From an uncultured Bacteroidales bacterium (GTDB taxonomy: Bacteria; Bacteroidota; Bacteroidia; Bacteroidales; WCHB1-69), in the NCBI GenBank assembly GCA_937892025.1, contig CALAVA010000238.1:43784-107783 (forward strand): 64,000 nt of DNA, given 5' to 3'. Position numbers and translations under genes: made by a program. Of this stretch, positions 44,001 through 54,544 are shown piece after piece. The notes beneath the pieces were generated by a model. It was not told the DNA's origin. It did not search any database and saw nothing but the letters and a program-made list of their open reading frames with translations. Numbering within the stretch: position 1 is the first letter of the stretch; each line of letters opens with the position of its first letter.

Positions 44001-47000
44001 GTGTTAGGTCACAAACAAATTTAAAGAGCTGTTTAAATTTATCAAGAATTTGCGAAATTGGAACTGATATGTCGCAAAAGAAAGAAGATGTTAGGGTTGT
44101 TGACGAAAATGGCCTTAAATATACGTATACAGTTCCTACGGGCTTTATATCTGGTGATGAAATATCAGATAGCGATTTTAGGTCTATGTTTGCTACGCTT
44201 AACAAAAAAAGACTTATTGCAACAAAGAGAAACCAATCTATTGGTTATAAATTTTACGATTTTGAGTTCTCTATGCCAACAAACTTTAGTGGAGAATTTA
44301 AGAATGTTGTACACGGAAGGCATAAAGGTGGAGAAAATACAATGTATAATACAAAAATAACACCAGTAGAAGAAGATTTAACAGATTTTGGCATATTACT
44401 TGGTAGGGAAAGAAATGATTACGACTCTGAAGAAGTTGAAAATACCCAAACAAGAACAAGGGAAAGTGCAAGCATAGATTATTATTTTTATAGACTTGGA
44501 ATTCGTTTTGATGAATTTAGTTATGAAAATGTTGATAGAAAGTTTTTAAAATACGATATGTCAAATGGTATATATTATCTTCCACAATATGAAAATAGTT
44601 ATTATTTTTATTTTGGCCTTAGGGATGGGGCGACAGCATTGGATGAATTTAACAAACAATTTAATGCTGAATGTGATGATATAAAGATAAAGAAAACGCC
44701 TAACATAATATTAACAAAGGAAATTGATTTCTGTAATGGTGTTGGAACAATACATGTGTTTACAGAAGGGCTTTCAGTTCCATATCAACGAATTAGTGTT
44801 TATAATGAAATTACAAATGAAGAAATCAAAGTAATAACATCTTCAAGTGAATTTCCACATGAAAGGGCTTGTTTACAATTAGAATCATTTACATTACCTG
44901 ATGGTGATAGAGATATGTTATTACCATTTGGTGAATATAAAATTACGATACTTGACGATGATGTTGTTGATGTTAGCAAGTCAATTGTTCTTGGCCTTGA
45001 TTTGTTTTCATATGATAAATCATTTTGTGATTTCACGAGAGAAGTTGGTCCTGACGGACTTGAACCATATAGACCGATTTTTGATGGCGGATTTATGAAC
45101 ATATACAATTTTAATTTGCTATATGAGGAATTGACGCTTGATGATATTAGTATTGAATTCTTGCTATATGATGTAGAATTACAAGAGTATATTGGTAGCT
45201 TTGAATATCTTGACTTTTTGGAATACATAATATATGGCATACAAAAGGGCAGGATTTATAGGCTTCAATTAAAGTATAAATGTAATGATAGTATAGATTA
45301 TGTGTATGTCACGTTAGAACGAATTATTTTTTATGATAATAGTGAAATTTCTCTTAAATTAAAATTTAATGATAACTTTCAATTTAATTGTATGAATGAA
45401 GATATAATGGGATTGATGGATAAAGAATGGTGGTGGGATAGAGATAATTTTGACATCGGATGTGAGCATTCTTCAGACCCTAACTATACTAAATGGTTAT
45501 ATAGAAAATTTTTCTTTAAAGAAAATAATAACGGAACGTTTGATAGTCATGTTGTTGCTATAAATGGAACTAAAGTTTTATGGGGAACACCACAAGCAAG
45601 ATACGATATGGTTTCCGGTCCAGCAGATGGTGTTTATTGCAGCGTATTTTATGAACAAATTCCACCTGGTATGACATTAGATGATACAATTTCATATCAC
45701 GCAACGTATGGAGTTAATAATTGCTCTTCTAACGTTGTTCCTGGTGGCGATGAACAACAAACTAGGGGAGAATCTGATACAAATTGTACTGCTCAATATT
45801 CAGCACAAGCATATAACGGAACTAAAGTGTGTGGAATGTATCGTGGTATATATGATAAAAACGGCGTGTATGGAGTTGTTGGTGCTATAACAGAAAGTGG
45901 ATATTTCCATATTGGGTGTGGCTGTGTTTTCAAACCAATTCCATATGGAAATTTAATATTCTTTGTTTATGAAAGCGATGATGCATTAACGGCACTTCTT
46001 AATAGTGAACATGAAGATATTTTGTTTGGCGTATTTTATCCTTCATTTATTTATCCAGTTATTAAGAGGCCATTTTATGCACTTTATGATGTAACGAAAT
46101 GGACAAGATTGAAAGTTAATCAGCCTATAAATTATAATGGCGTTGTGTCAAAAACATATACAACTGCTGTTAATGGAAAGAAACAAATTTTAACCATTAA
46201 TAATGGTATTACTATGAATTCAAAATTTTATAGTGTTATGGTTGATGATGTTGATATTACAAATAATGTTACAATTTATGGTCCTGATACTTCCGGTTTG
46301 ACACTTACATCAAGTTTAAATAGAAAATCAGAATGGAGTGGATTTACTGATGTTGAACTTACCCCTGAACAGAATCAAGAAATGTTTTATGTTTCTGAAT
46401 ATCTTCCTGATATAACAAATGGCGGAGAATTGTTGGTTGAATCGTCAAAAGTATTTTATATGAATTTGAATTATACAATGTCTGGTGATTGTATTGATAT
46501 TTGCTTTGGATATGGTTCGAGTTCTCCTGACATTTCTTATTTTGTCGGGAAATATAATAGTAAGGACAATATTGGGCTTTTGTATCTTGAAGATAATACA
46601 AAATATGACAAATATGTTTTACATAACACAAATGATAGAACATTTAATGTTTTGTGCCAATTTACTGAATTAGCTGAGAATGAAGCACAAAGGTATTCAG
46701 ACGTTATAGTTGAGGTTTCATTTAACGCAACAAGTGCATTTACTGTAAATTATCCATATAAAGAGGATTACGGAGAAGATAAGATTTATAATGAAAATTT
46801 TGCATTGTTAAATGGTACAGGATTAGCAATAAATCTTATTCTTGACAAAATGTTTAGTGGAATTGAGTTTGAAAAAGTTGATGGTTCGACTGTTATTTTA
46901 CCGATTAAGCCTGTTAAAAATTATAAAGTGCAAGAAGAATTTAGTTGTGATGGCGTTGTTTACGAAGACACAAGGAGATTTTTCGTAAAATTGGCACAAA

Positions 47001-47164
47001 AGAGAAAACTTTATTCAATAGAAAACGCAAATAGGCTTGGAAGCATTGCACCTGATGATATTGTGTTTGGAGTTGGAATGTGTGAGGTTCAGGCTGAAGA
47101 TAGAAATGATGGAAAATCATACATACAGAAAATATATCCAACTCCTTTGGCAAGAAATGAATAA
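41015..47164 (+). CDS. giant baseplate/structural protein (gp7/P2 gpI position) with a CarboxypepD_reg-like N-terminal domain
   Basis: 2049 aa from ATG 41015. 'YGVIVGRVLANNGFGISNAKVSVFIQ' resembles the carboxypeptidase-regulatory Ig-like pattern. The structural role is inferred only from its position after the gp6-like gene. Confidence 0.45.
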   Translation: MSEINKSYRISTKIGNGITDDYITVDAGLVQDYDTFEVLSLDIKSSDAYRLHNSNYGVIVGRVLANNGFGISNAKVSVFIQIDSNERFDIGNIYPFTSSVSYDRNGVRYNLLPNDRVDGCHQVVGTFPTKRYALDNDVILEVFDKYYTYTTKTNNAGDYMICGVPVGAHTLHMDLDLSDCGILSQKPRDFVYKGYTIEQFESPTKFKNGTDYENLSQIFTQDQVVNVNPFWGNDSLGETIGITRADINVNFKFEPTCVFMGSIVSDNASNGFSKKCVPTEHMGDMDELVTGEGKIEMIRKTHDGAVEEFQVKGTKLINADGVWCYQIPMNLDYMVTDEYGNMVPTDNPETGIPTRARVRFRISLNDNEENTDNFFRAKVLVPHNPQDLPNGTHEGYDYEFGSYTREDSFRDLFWNNVYSVKSYIPRIQRSNGFKTQKFSGIKHCNIYGQNNPMPYNNIRIKLPLMFTIMCALIKTFVFLTKLLNTVISFIGYILADIGTIHFLKIRKHEDVSWFNIRAWEISWAPIFLGAYIKAVNLKLVVLKDGLCPDLENWYFAPMFNIGSNFIKGDDNWNLNIKILKNCSGKCPEPIDCENMNNMYGLEEGTEDSGEDDNGSTYSGTSCNMPTYNILQQTINYVLGEDDDGHQTESIQDDDPHSIDDQNKDDEDDEAACITIKTDYLLPCIEMNLAQEYKVINFDFYNDWINGTIYNPRWVRFVKKKVRFLWITWHKDKVKGCMDDTKIFSTKRNYVQQCAIGYKSETVNGYNVISKVENPLNNASNLIPVRKWNKMHKKPGFKKEVVFGIRGGISHQSTTMKGQFVYYLKPCEWTSSTGKKVNLYATDIILLGTFNDCDLNGVPSTFQHLNSTTYIMPTNLALTNMDTDGALYATDNGTLCVGKSASASQTTSGSAIDNGIIEISGSGQTLGAELNYYKNSSTYNIAENYDIFDGDDRLTPGDTMAMTEAAGVAWNYTGPGQGEITELEMYYPGGHFLGLTCVRSQTNLKSCLNLSRICEIGTDMSQKKEDVRVVDENGLKYTYTVPTGFISGDEISDSDFRSMFATLNKKRLIATKRNQSIGYKFYDFEFSMPTNFSGEFKNVVHGRHKGGENTMYNTKITPVEEDLTDFGILLGRERNDYDSEEVENTQTRTRESASIDYYFYRLGIRFDEFSYENVDRKFLKYDMSNGIYYLPQYENSYYFYFGLRDGATALDEFNKQFNAECDDIKIKKTPNIILTKEIDFCNGVGTIHVFTEGLSVPYQRISVYNEITNEEIKVITSSSEFPHERACLQLESFTLPDGDRDMLLPFGEYKITILDDDVVDVSKSIVLGLDLFSYDKSFCDFTREVGPDGLEPYRPIFDGGFMNIYNFNLLYEELTLDDISIEFLLYDVELQEYIGSFEYLDFLEYIIYGIQKGRIYRLQLKYKCNDSIDYVYVTLERIIFYDNSEISLKLKFNDNFQFNCMNEDIMGLMDKEWWWDRDNFDIGCEHSSDPNYTKWLYRKFFFKENNNGTFDSHVVAINGTKVLWGTPQARYDMVSGPADGVYCSVFYEQIPPGMTLDDTISYHATYGVNNCSSNVVPGGDEQQTRGESDTNCTAQYSAQAYNGTKVCGMYRGIYDKNGVYGVVGAITESGYFHIGCGCVFKPIPYGNLIFFVYESDDALTALLNSEHEDILFGVFYPSFIYPVIKRPFYALYDVTKWTRLKVNQPINYNGVVSKTYTTAVNGKKQILTINNGITMNSKFYSVMVDDVDITNNVTIYGPDTSGLTLTSSLNRKSEWSGFTDVELTPEQNQEMFYVSEYLPDITNGGELLVESSKVFYMNLNYTMSGDCIDICFGYGSSSPDISYFVGKYNSKDNIGLLYLEDNTKYDKYVLHNTNDRTFNVLCQFTELAENEAQRYSDVIVEVSFNATSAFTVNYPYKEDYGEDKIYNENFALLNGTGLAINLILDKMFSGIEFEKVDGSTVILPIKPVKNYKVQEEFSCDGVVYEDTRRFFVKLAQKRKLYSIENANRLGSIAPDDIVFGVGMCEVQAEDRNDGKSYIQKIYPTPLARNE

Positions 47165-47184
47165 GATTATATATGAGATAATAG

Positions 47185-50175
47185 ATGAATAGTAACATAT
47201 TTTTAGAAGAAAATAGAAGTGTAATGTCAAACAATGTTGAAAATAGTTTGAACATTGACCTTATTTCAAAAAACAGACTTTTACCAGATGAAAGTCTTGT
47301 TGATAATTTTTCTTTATATGAACAATACAATAGAGAAAGAGACGAATGCAGTAAATATAGATTCATCTTTGACATAAATGCATTATGCAGTAATGTTTTA
47401 TTTAATGTAAAATCTGAAATTGTCGTAAATGAGGGCTCTGATTATTGTAGGTGCCTTAATTTTGAGTCAAATGGGTGGCCAAAGGCAACTTTTGCGAATA
47501 ATGCTGCTAATACAAAAGACCCAATTAAGTATATTGACGCAATAAGAAATACAGAGTACTCTCATAAAAATAATGGCAAATTTGTATATCATTGCGGTCT
47601 TGATATATTCAATAATCATATGCTTAGAAAAAAGAAATTTATTCACATAAATAAATTTGGTAAAAAATATCCTAATGATAAAAAAAAATTGTACAATACA
47701 ATAAGTGATTATTTAAGAGATGCAAATGGTAATATTATAACGGAAAATTTGGGTATAAATTATATTGACCAAAGGAATGGCGTAGAAACTGAAAGGCACA
47801 TATATTCAACAGATTCTCTTTATACGTTGAAAAACGCTTTTTATGAAAGGTGCCATGAAACAGAAGGATGGTGGGGATTTACAAACCCAGGTATGATAAG
47901 CATAAACACAAGGGAAACAAACGAAACAATTACAAATGAAATGATGTCAAATAATAAGCCTTGTGAATTTATTGATTTTTATCCTGATAGGTCATTGTTT
48001 TCATTTGTCCCTAAGTACAACAAAGAAAGACGAAGAATTGAAAAAAATTGGGATTATTGTATAACATATCCATATAGTAAAGATTCGGATATAATAAGTA
48101 CGATATGTGGAAGTGAAAACGGCTCAATAAAAGCAAGGGTTAAGGTTGTGACAAACCCAGGCGGAGTTAAGCTTTTACAATGTAGTTCGCTGTTTAGGCA
48201 TAGTTTAAAGGCCGGGTCTTACATTAATTTTTATTATTATATGGTTAAAGGAGGTGAAATACCTGAAATCGTTGGCGGTGAGAATGTTATTAGGTCATTA
48301 AAAAAAAATTATTATGAGCAAAGCCAGTCTGTTAGTGAGCGTGGAGAAACTGAAGAATATACAGAAGATGACTTGTCTTTTCAAAAATATCAAAATAGCG
48401 TTAGGGTTTATTCTATTGGAGATTTAACTGGCTTAAATACAGATAGGGTGTTTTCTGTTAGATACGATGATATAAAGAAAGTTTATCCGTTTTTTGCTGC
48501 TTTTGGGTGTTTTTACAAAAAAGTAAGTAATGGTACTGAATGCTCATATTATGCAAGAAAGTTTAAAAAACTTAAAAATGAGAATGGAGAAGACTTGTTA
48601 AGTGATGTAAATAAGGCTGGGTTTGCAAAAAATGTATATGGAGATGATATTTCACAAATTGTTTTTACAGATGACATTGACGTATATGGGCTCAAAGATG
48701 AGAATGGAAGAGATTTGTCTGAAGTGTTTTTTACGACAATAAAAAGAAATGAGGGAAACGACAAATGGTATAAGTATCACGATGTTAGTAATGCAAAGGT
48801 AGAGTTTTCTCATTGTTTTGGCCCATTAACAACTGGCATAGATTTTAGTGGAATAGACATTAATGAAGAGCCTTTTGATTATAATGTACATTATTTGCAT
48901 AATATAGATAGTGCGTCTTCAATTTCCAATGATATTGAGCCTATTACAAACACATTGTCTGCTTGGGGCGATACAATATTAAAAGGAATGCCAAAAGTCG
49001 TTGAAAGCGGTGTTACTATAAATGACGAAGAATTTTATGGTGATATTGTTGAGTTTGACAATTATTTGTATGAAAAGAATGTCATAGGTAATTTCTGCCA
49101 TAGATTTAATACAATGCAAAGAGAGTTATTTGATTTAGCATTTAGGGATATTTACCAAGACGTTATAACACACGATGATTATGATTATGTAAATCTTGGA
49201 AGTGCTTTTACAGTATCAACGTTCTATGTTAATGACACTGTTAGTAGTATGAATAGCGTAAACAACGCTAATGCAACAAGCGGACTTGTATATGGTAATA
49301 TATGTCCTGAGGGATATTTTTATAACCCACATACTACAATTAAATTAAAAGAAGAAGATGCTGTCAGACATTCAATTGCAGAATACATAAACTATGATAA
49401 ATGTGAAGTTGTTGGCCAAAATGTTGTTTTGATATATAAAAGAACTACAGATGGTGATATTCTTATTGGTAAAAGATACATTTATGATTGGGGTGACGAA
49501 GGCGATGGAAGAGGTGGAAATGATGGCGAAGGTGACGGGTTAAGACTTGGCGCTTCAACATCACAAACAAATTCAAATGTTGAATCTGTGTATTTTGTTA
49601 ATGGAATTGACGGATTTTTACTCACGGTTAGAGTTCCTGGTGAATATACTTTTATTAAAGGTGATTATCTTGCTTTGTATGACAAAGTAAATGGGGATAC
49701 AAAGTGGTGTGTTGTGAGGCGTTTTAAGGATGGTTATTTAACTGTTTATTTAAATGACGAAGACTTTGGTGGACTTGATATTTTGAATCACCAAAGTTAT
49801 TTCAGACCGCTTAATGGTGAAAGAAGATACTTTATGTTTTGGACTTCTGATAGTGTTCCTACTTATTCAAAATTATGCATAGAGTCAAAAACATTTTCTT
49901 GGAAAAGGATAATGACACCTTCTGAGCTTGACAGAACCAGTGACTTATTCGATTTACCATTCTCTAACGGGCGTTTCTATTTGCAAAGGAACATAAACTT
50001 CTTCTTGAAGAGACAAGACCCACGTGGAGAATATGGTTTAAGCTATCCGTTATTTGTTGATTTCGAGCAAAAATTACCTAATCCTATGGCTAAATTTGTT
50101 ATTGGTGGTACGAACAAAATTGATATTTCTGTATTTGATTATATCATTAATAATACGTTAAAAACTTGTTACTAA
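47185..50175 (+). CDS. large structural protein (baseplate/fibre module), function unknown
   Basis: 996-aa ORF, tightly packed in the structural operon. I recognise no motif. Confidence 0.5.
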   Translation: MNSNIFLEENRSVMSNNVENSLNIDLISKNRLLPDESLVDNFSLYEQYNRERDECSKYRFIFDINALCSNVLFNVKSEIVVNEGSDYCRCLNFESNGWPKATFANNAANTKDPIKYIDAIRNTEYSHKNNGKFVYHCGLDIFNNHMLRKKKFIHINKFGKKYPNDKKKLYNTISDYLRDANGNIITENLGINYIDQRNGVETERHIYSTDSLYTLKNAFYERCHETEGWWGFTNPGMISINTRETNETITNEMMSNNKPCEFIDFYPDRSLFSFVPKYNKERRRIEKNWDYCITYPYSKDSDIISTICGSENGSIKARVKVVTNPGGVKLLQCSSLFRHSLKAGSYINFYYYMVKGGEIPEIVGGENVIRSLKKNYYEQSQSVSERGETEEYTEDDLSFQKYQNSVRVYSIGDLTGLNTDRVFSVRYDDIKKVYPFFAAFGCFYKKVSNGTECSYYARKFKKLKNENGEDLLSDVNKAGFAKNVYGDDISQIVFTDDIDVYGLKDENGRDLSEVFFTTIKRNEGNDKWYKYHDVSNAKVEFSHCFGPLTTGIDFSGIDINEEPFDYNVHYLHNIDSASSISNDIEPITNTLSAWGDTILKGMPKVVESGVTINDEEFYGDIVEFDNYLYEKNVIGNFCHRFNTMQRELFDLAFRDIYQDVITHDDYDYVNLGSAFTVSTFYVNDTVSSMNSVNNANATSGLVYGNICPEGYFYNPHTTIKLKEEDAVRHSIAEYINYDKCEVVGQNVVLIYKRTTDGDILIGKRYIYDWGDEGDGRGGNDGEGDGLRLGASTSQTNSNVESVYFVNGIDGFLLTVRVPGEYTFIKGDYLALYDKVNGDTKWCVVRRFKDGYLTVYLNDEDFGGLDILNHQSYFRPLNGERRYFMFWTSDSVPTYSKLCIESKTFSWKRIMTPSELDRTSDLFDLPFSNGRFYLQRNINFFLKRQDPRGEYGLSYPLFVDFEQKLPNPMAKFVIGGTNKIDISVFDYIINNTLKTCY

Positions 50176-52028
50176 TGGATATTGTTAAAGTAAATTTAAA
50201 AACACCTGTTAATGGTTTTGTTGAATTGAATATATCTGATTTCATAGAAAAGAATGGTGAAATTCTGATAACGTTAGAAGATTATTTTTGCTACAACATA
50301 AACGAAGGTGATGAAATTGAATTAAGAAGAACTGTTAGGGGAGAAAACGGGTACTATACAACGTTTAGTACTATTTTGTATGTGAAATATGAGGACGAAA
50401 ACCATGTTATTCATACAACGCTTCCAAAATCATTTCCGATTAATTTGGATTATATTGGGTGGTTTAAAATGGGTTTTGATGATGAGTCATCTTATTATAT
50501 CATTACTTGTAGAGAGGAACATTATTTATTCGGCCAAGATTTGGCATTAAATGTTGGCCAAGAGGTGTATTTTAAAGATAGTATGGGTAATACGTTATGC
50601 ACTTGTTCTAATTTAGCGTCAATGAGAATATATAGTGAAGACGTTGCTACTGTTAATGATTGCTTGGTTTATGAAGAAAAAGACTATACTTGTAGCAAAC
50701 CTTATGATTTTATAACAACATATTATTATGTGTTTAGGCCCGATGTAATTAGTAAAAATTCGTTTATTGCTGGTGATTTCAATGAATTTACTGCTTCTGG
50801 TGCAACATATATAGAAACGAAATATAATCCATTTTATTACTATACAATACGCCTTAACGACAAGGGAGTTCCTGATGAACTTGATTCGTATGGTAATCCA
50901 ATTAGACATTGTGCTTTTTATGGTGATAAATGGTTTAGTGGGTTGAGGAATACAACAACAAAGAAGTACATAAATTCAGGTGCAAGCACTAATGGAGTGT
51001 ATTTTAATATGGATTATTATAATGTTAGCATTGGACTTTCATCTGATTCAAATGAAAATGTTCTTGGCAATGAAGATTATTTTAGTGAGGCTTTTGCAAC
51101 TAACATTGAAGAGTCGTTAATTCCGCCTATAATTGATATGGAGCGTGTCAAATATATTCCGTATGAAAAAGTTAATAACAATAGTTACAAGCCAATAACT
51201 GAAATTAAAATTTATCCTCATTTCAGAAAAAGAGTGCTTGTTGATTTGGAAAACAACACAAATACATTTGCCACTTCTGGTAATTTGTATTATGATGGGT
51301 GGTATGTTGATAATGATGATTATAATACATTTTGGAACGGATATACTGGAAACGGAAGCGTCAATTCAATATCAAATTTTGTTAGATATCACGGAAAAAC
51401 TGCTGATTTAATTGGATTTTTGAATTTTACAGATAATGATATATTTTATAACAAGCATAAGGTTAGTAAATCATTTTATAGGCTGTTGTTTTATGATTCA
51501 AAAGACCCAATAGAACAAAAATTGTTATATTATTCAACTGTGTTTATTGATAGTACAGAATTGCTTTCAAAATACTTAAAGCAATTAATGTTTATGGAAG
51601 ATTCGCCTGATGATGTTGTTATTAATGAAATAGCAACAGAAAACAAAAATGTTAGTGTCGTTTTTTGTGAAAATGACGATGTTGGGTGTAGACTTGATAC
51701 TACAATTAATATAACAAATGAGTATGATAAAGAAAGGTGTTCAGAGGGGTTTAACATTTATCTTTTTAGGGATGATGTACCAGATGGAAATACAAGTAAA
51801 ACTATTTATATGAAAGTTGAGTTTAACCATGCAGGAAACGGTAAAACGATACCTTTAGTTAGATTACCATTAAAAGAAAAATTAACAATTGAAAACTTTT
51901 TTGAATATCTTTATGTGCCAATTGAAATAAGAAAAAACGGTGACAAATACATATACACGATAGAAGGTGCTGAATACACTGATGGTGTTGCTGAATTATG
52001 CCTTTTTGAACCAAAATTAGAAGTATAA
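50175..52028 (+). CDS. structural protein, function unknown
   Basis: 617 aa from ATG 50175, which overlaps the upstream TAA. Confidence 0.5.
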   Translation: MDIVKVNLKTPVNGFVELNISDFIEKNGEILITLEDYFCYNINEGDEIELRRTVRGENGYYTTFSTILYVKYEDENHVIHTTLPKSFPINLDYIGWFKMGFDDESSYYIITCREEHYLFGQDLALNVGQEVYFKDSMGNTLCTCSNLASMRIYSEDVATVNDCLVYEEKDYTCSKPYDFITTYYYVFRPDVISKNSFIAGDFNEFTASGATYIETKYNPFYYYTIRLNDKGVPDELDSYGNPIRHCAFYGDKWFSGLRNTTTKKYINSGASTNGVYFNMDYYNVSIGLSSDSNENVLGNEDYFSEAFATNIEESLIPPIIDMERVKYIPYEKVNNNSYKPITEIKIYPHFRKRVLVDLENNTNTFATSGNLYYDGWYVDNDDYNTFWNGYTGNGSVNSISNFVRYHGKTADLIGFLNFTDNDIFYNKHKVSKSFYRLLFYDSKDPIEQKLLYYSTVFIDSTELLSKYLKQLMFMEDSPDDVVINEIATENKNVSVVFCENDDVGCRLDTTINITNEYDKERCSEGFNIYLFRDDVPDGNTSKTIYMKVEFNHAGNGKTIPLVRLPLKEKLTIENFFEYLYVPIEIRKNGDKYIYTIEGAEYTDGVAELCLFEPKLEV

Positions 52029-52030
52029 AT

Positions 52031-54541
52031 ATGGAAACCATTAGAAAGAAAATATGTTTTGATAAGTTTTTAAGCCATAGAAATGGCTTAATGCCTTATG
52101 TTAAAAAAGACATTGATGATTCTTCAATATATTATGTTGATAGCATTATTGCAAGCGGTAATTATGGGTCGTTTCCTTGTGATTTTGCTTTGATTGATTC
52201 AAGTATGAAAGGTAATGGTCTTGGCGCAACATATAGACAAAATACAGAGTTATCAAGACTCAGATATTTAGATGTCATTAAATGGTATAATCATGCATTG
52301 AATTGTATTAATGGTGGAAAAAAATTAAAAAGGTCAACAACGCAGATTTTTGAAGTAACAAACACAGATTGCACTTCTGGAACAAGTTCTGTTACTGTAA
52401 CAGATGTGTATGTATGGGATGAAATTAATGATGAAGCTTCAATTTTTGATTGTGTTGTTGCTGATGCTTCGCTTTTTTATTCAGTTAATGGAAGATATTA
52501 TTTTGACACCAAAAAGGTTAGGCAAATGGAGTCTTTAAGGAGTTATTACGAAGACGATTTTACGGAAGCAACAAAGGAAGAAATTGCTTTTGTTGAAAAA
52601 GTTAGATATTTTGCTGGCGATGATGAAAATACTGGCGTTATCTATGGGGAGAATAACGAATATATTTACATAATTGAAGATTATGATTTGTATAGGGAAC
52701 ATGAAGACAAATGGAATGCTTGGTGGTCTGATAATTTTGAATTATGTAGTTATTATGGCTCTTATGATAGATGGGAAAAATATGTTTTCGACCTAAGATA
52801 TCTTGAAAGAACGGGCTTTAAATTTGTATATGACATTGAAACTTATGTAATTGGTAAAGTTAGAGTTCCTGAAGAATATGCTGGTAATGTTTTAGAGGGT
52901 TCAAAAGTTCCAAATGCTGTATATTATACCAATTATTTAGATTATGTTGATTGGTTTAGCAAAAATGAAGGTGATTTATATGGTAATAAAGATTTGTTAG
53001 ACGAATGGAATAAAAGAGGCGGAGAAAATTTTTATTTATTCTTGGGTAGTATATATCCAAAATATTTGGAAGAAATAACTTATCCTGAATATGGTAGGAT
53101 AGTGTTTTTTAATTATGTTCCTGCAAATATTGAAATTCCATTTGCGTTTGTTAATGAGTTTTCAAATGAGTGTTCTTATAAAGTATATGAGTATTCTGTA
53201 AATTATGACGGGTCTTTATATGACGGAACAATTGAATATGAAAGGGGTGGTGATAATCAAATAGAATCTGCACTAACTCCAGAATTTAGGACATTTGAAG
53301 ATGGGGATATTATTGTTGAATCCAAATTAGATTCATTCCTTGGGCGTGACGTTTATTACTTAAACAATGATGTATATGGTATTTTTGATGAATTTCAAAA
53401 TGGAAGCAAAATGTTTAAATGTGTATTTCACAATGGGAATTCTGATGGCGAAATTATAAAATATTATAGTGGAACTGTTACGTATTATAAGAATGTTGGA
53501 GAAGATGATTGGGAAGAATTAAGTTCGTTTGATGTTCCTGAAACTTATGTTTCAACGACACAAACAGATAGATTACCAAAAACAGTTGATAATGCGTATC
53601 AAGTTGTTGGAATAAAGGAAATTAGTTCTTCTGTTACTTGTACAAGGTTAACAACGCAAAATCATACTGGATATTCTGACGATGGGTTGTATAAATCTGT
53701 ATCTTCAATTACAAAATATAAGAAAACAACAATAAAGAATTATTCTTGGTGTGAATGTATTGCGCAAAACAATATCCAAGGAATTAGGTGTGGTGATGGT
53801 GAAGATATTGATTTCAATCACTCAAACATCTATAGAAATATATTGTTGTTATCTTGTGTACCTGGTGCTGTAGAAACAAGCAATAATGGGGATTGGTATT
53901 ATTATCTTGTCAAATATGATAATGGGTATACAGGTATTGGCTCTGGCCAAAGAATTGATTCAACTGGTAGCGGAAGAAAAGTTTTAAGGCTTCCGTATAA
54001 TGTTGGAGAAACAAATGTTTCATCATATAGTGGAGAATATTCCGATGTTGTAAAATATGACAAGATAATTGGAATGCATTCATACGATGACTATTTGGAT
54101 ATAGAATATGTTATTGGCGCAACAAGTGGAGAAAGTATTATGACAACAGGAATACATTACAAGGACACATATAGATATGAGCCAAACTTTATGGAAAATA
54201 CAATAGTTGATGGTATGTATGAGGCTGATGTTTTGTGCGAGAGAATATCTGTTGAACAAGAAGAGGGCGCATATAGTGAAGATTTGATGCTTGAAAGGAG
54301 TTTTATTCCGAGTACGATAACGGCGATGGAAATTGGTACTCAATGGACAAGCGGAAGTTCACTAAGGGCCTATTTATTTACAGAAGAAACTTCTGATAAT
54401 TTACTTGAATATCCGAATATAAACGTTAATATTAGTTATAATAGGGGAAATGCTGCGGCTTGGGAAAAACATTTTAAATTAAGCGAATGCAACACATTGA
54501 CAGACCTTGAAAATTATGGAAATAATTACTTTAACATATAA
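52031..54541 (+). CDS. structural protein, function unknown
   Basis: 836-aa ORF, 2 nt after the upstream stop. Confidence 0.5.
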   Translation: METIRKKICFDKFLSHRNGLMPYVKKDIDDSSIYYVDSIIASGNYGSFPCDFALIDSSMKGNGLGATYRQNTELSRLRYLDVIKWYNHALNCINGGKKLKRSTTQIFEVTNTDCTSGTSSVTVTDVYVWDEINDEASIFDCVVADASLFYSVNGRYYFDTKKVRQMESLRSYYEDDFTEATKEEIAFVEKVRYFAGDDENTGVIYGENNEYIYIIEDYDLYREHEDKWNAWWSDNFELCSYYGSYDRWEKYVFDLRYLERTGFKFVYDIETYVIGKVRVPEEYAGNVLEGSKVPNAVYYTNYLDYVDWFSKNEGDLYGNKDLLDEWNKRGGENFYLFLGSIYPKYLEEITYPEYGRIVFFNYVPANIEIPFAFVNEFSNECSYKVYEYSVNYDGSLYDGTIEYERGGDNQIESALTPEFRTFEDGDIIVESKLDSFLGRDVYYLNNDVYGIFDEFQNGSKMFKCVFHNGNSDGEIIKYYSGTVTYYKNVGEDDWEELSSFDVPETYVSTTQTDRLPKTVDNAYQVVGIKEISSSVTCTRLTTQNHTGYSDDGLYKSVSSITKYKKTTIKNYSWCECIAQNNIQGIRCGDGEDIDFNHSNIYRNILLLSCVPGAVETSNNGDWYYYLVKYDNGYTGIGSGQRIDSTGSGRKVLRLPYNVGETNVSSYSGEYSDVVKYDKIIGMHSYDDYLDIEYVIGATSGESIMTTGIHYKDTYRYEPNFMENTIVDGMYEADVLCERISVEQEEGAYSEDLMLERSFIPSTITAMEIGTQWTSGSSLRAYLFTEETSDNLLEYPNINVNISYNRGNAAAWEKHFKLSECNTLTDLENYGNNYFNI

Positions 54542-54544
54542 AAA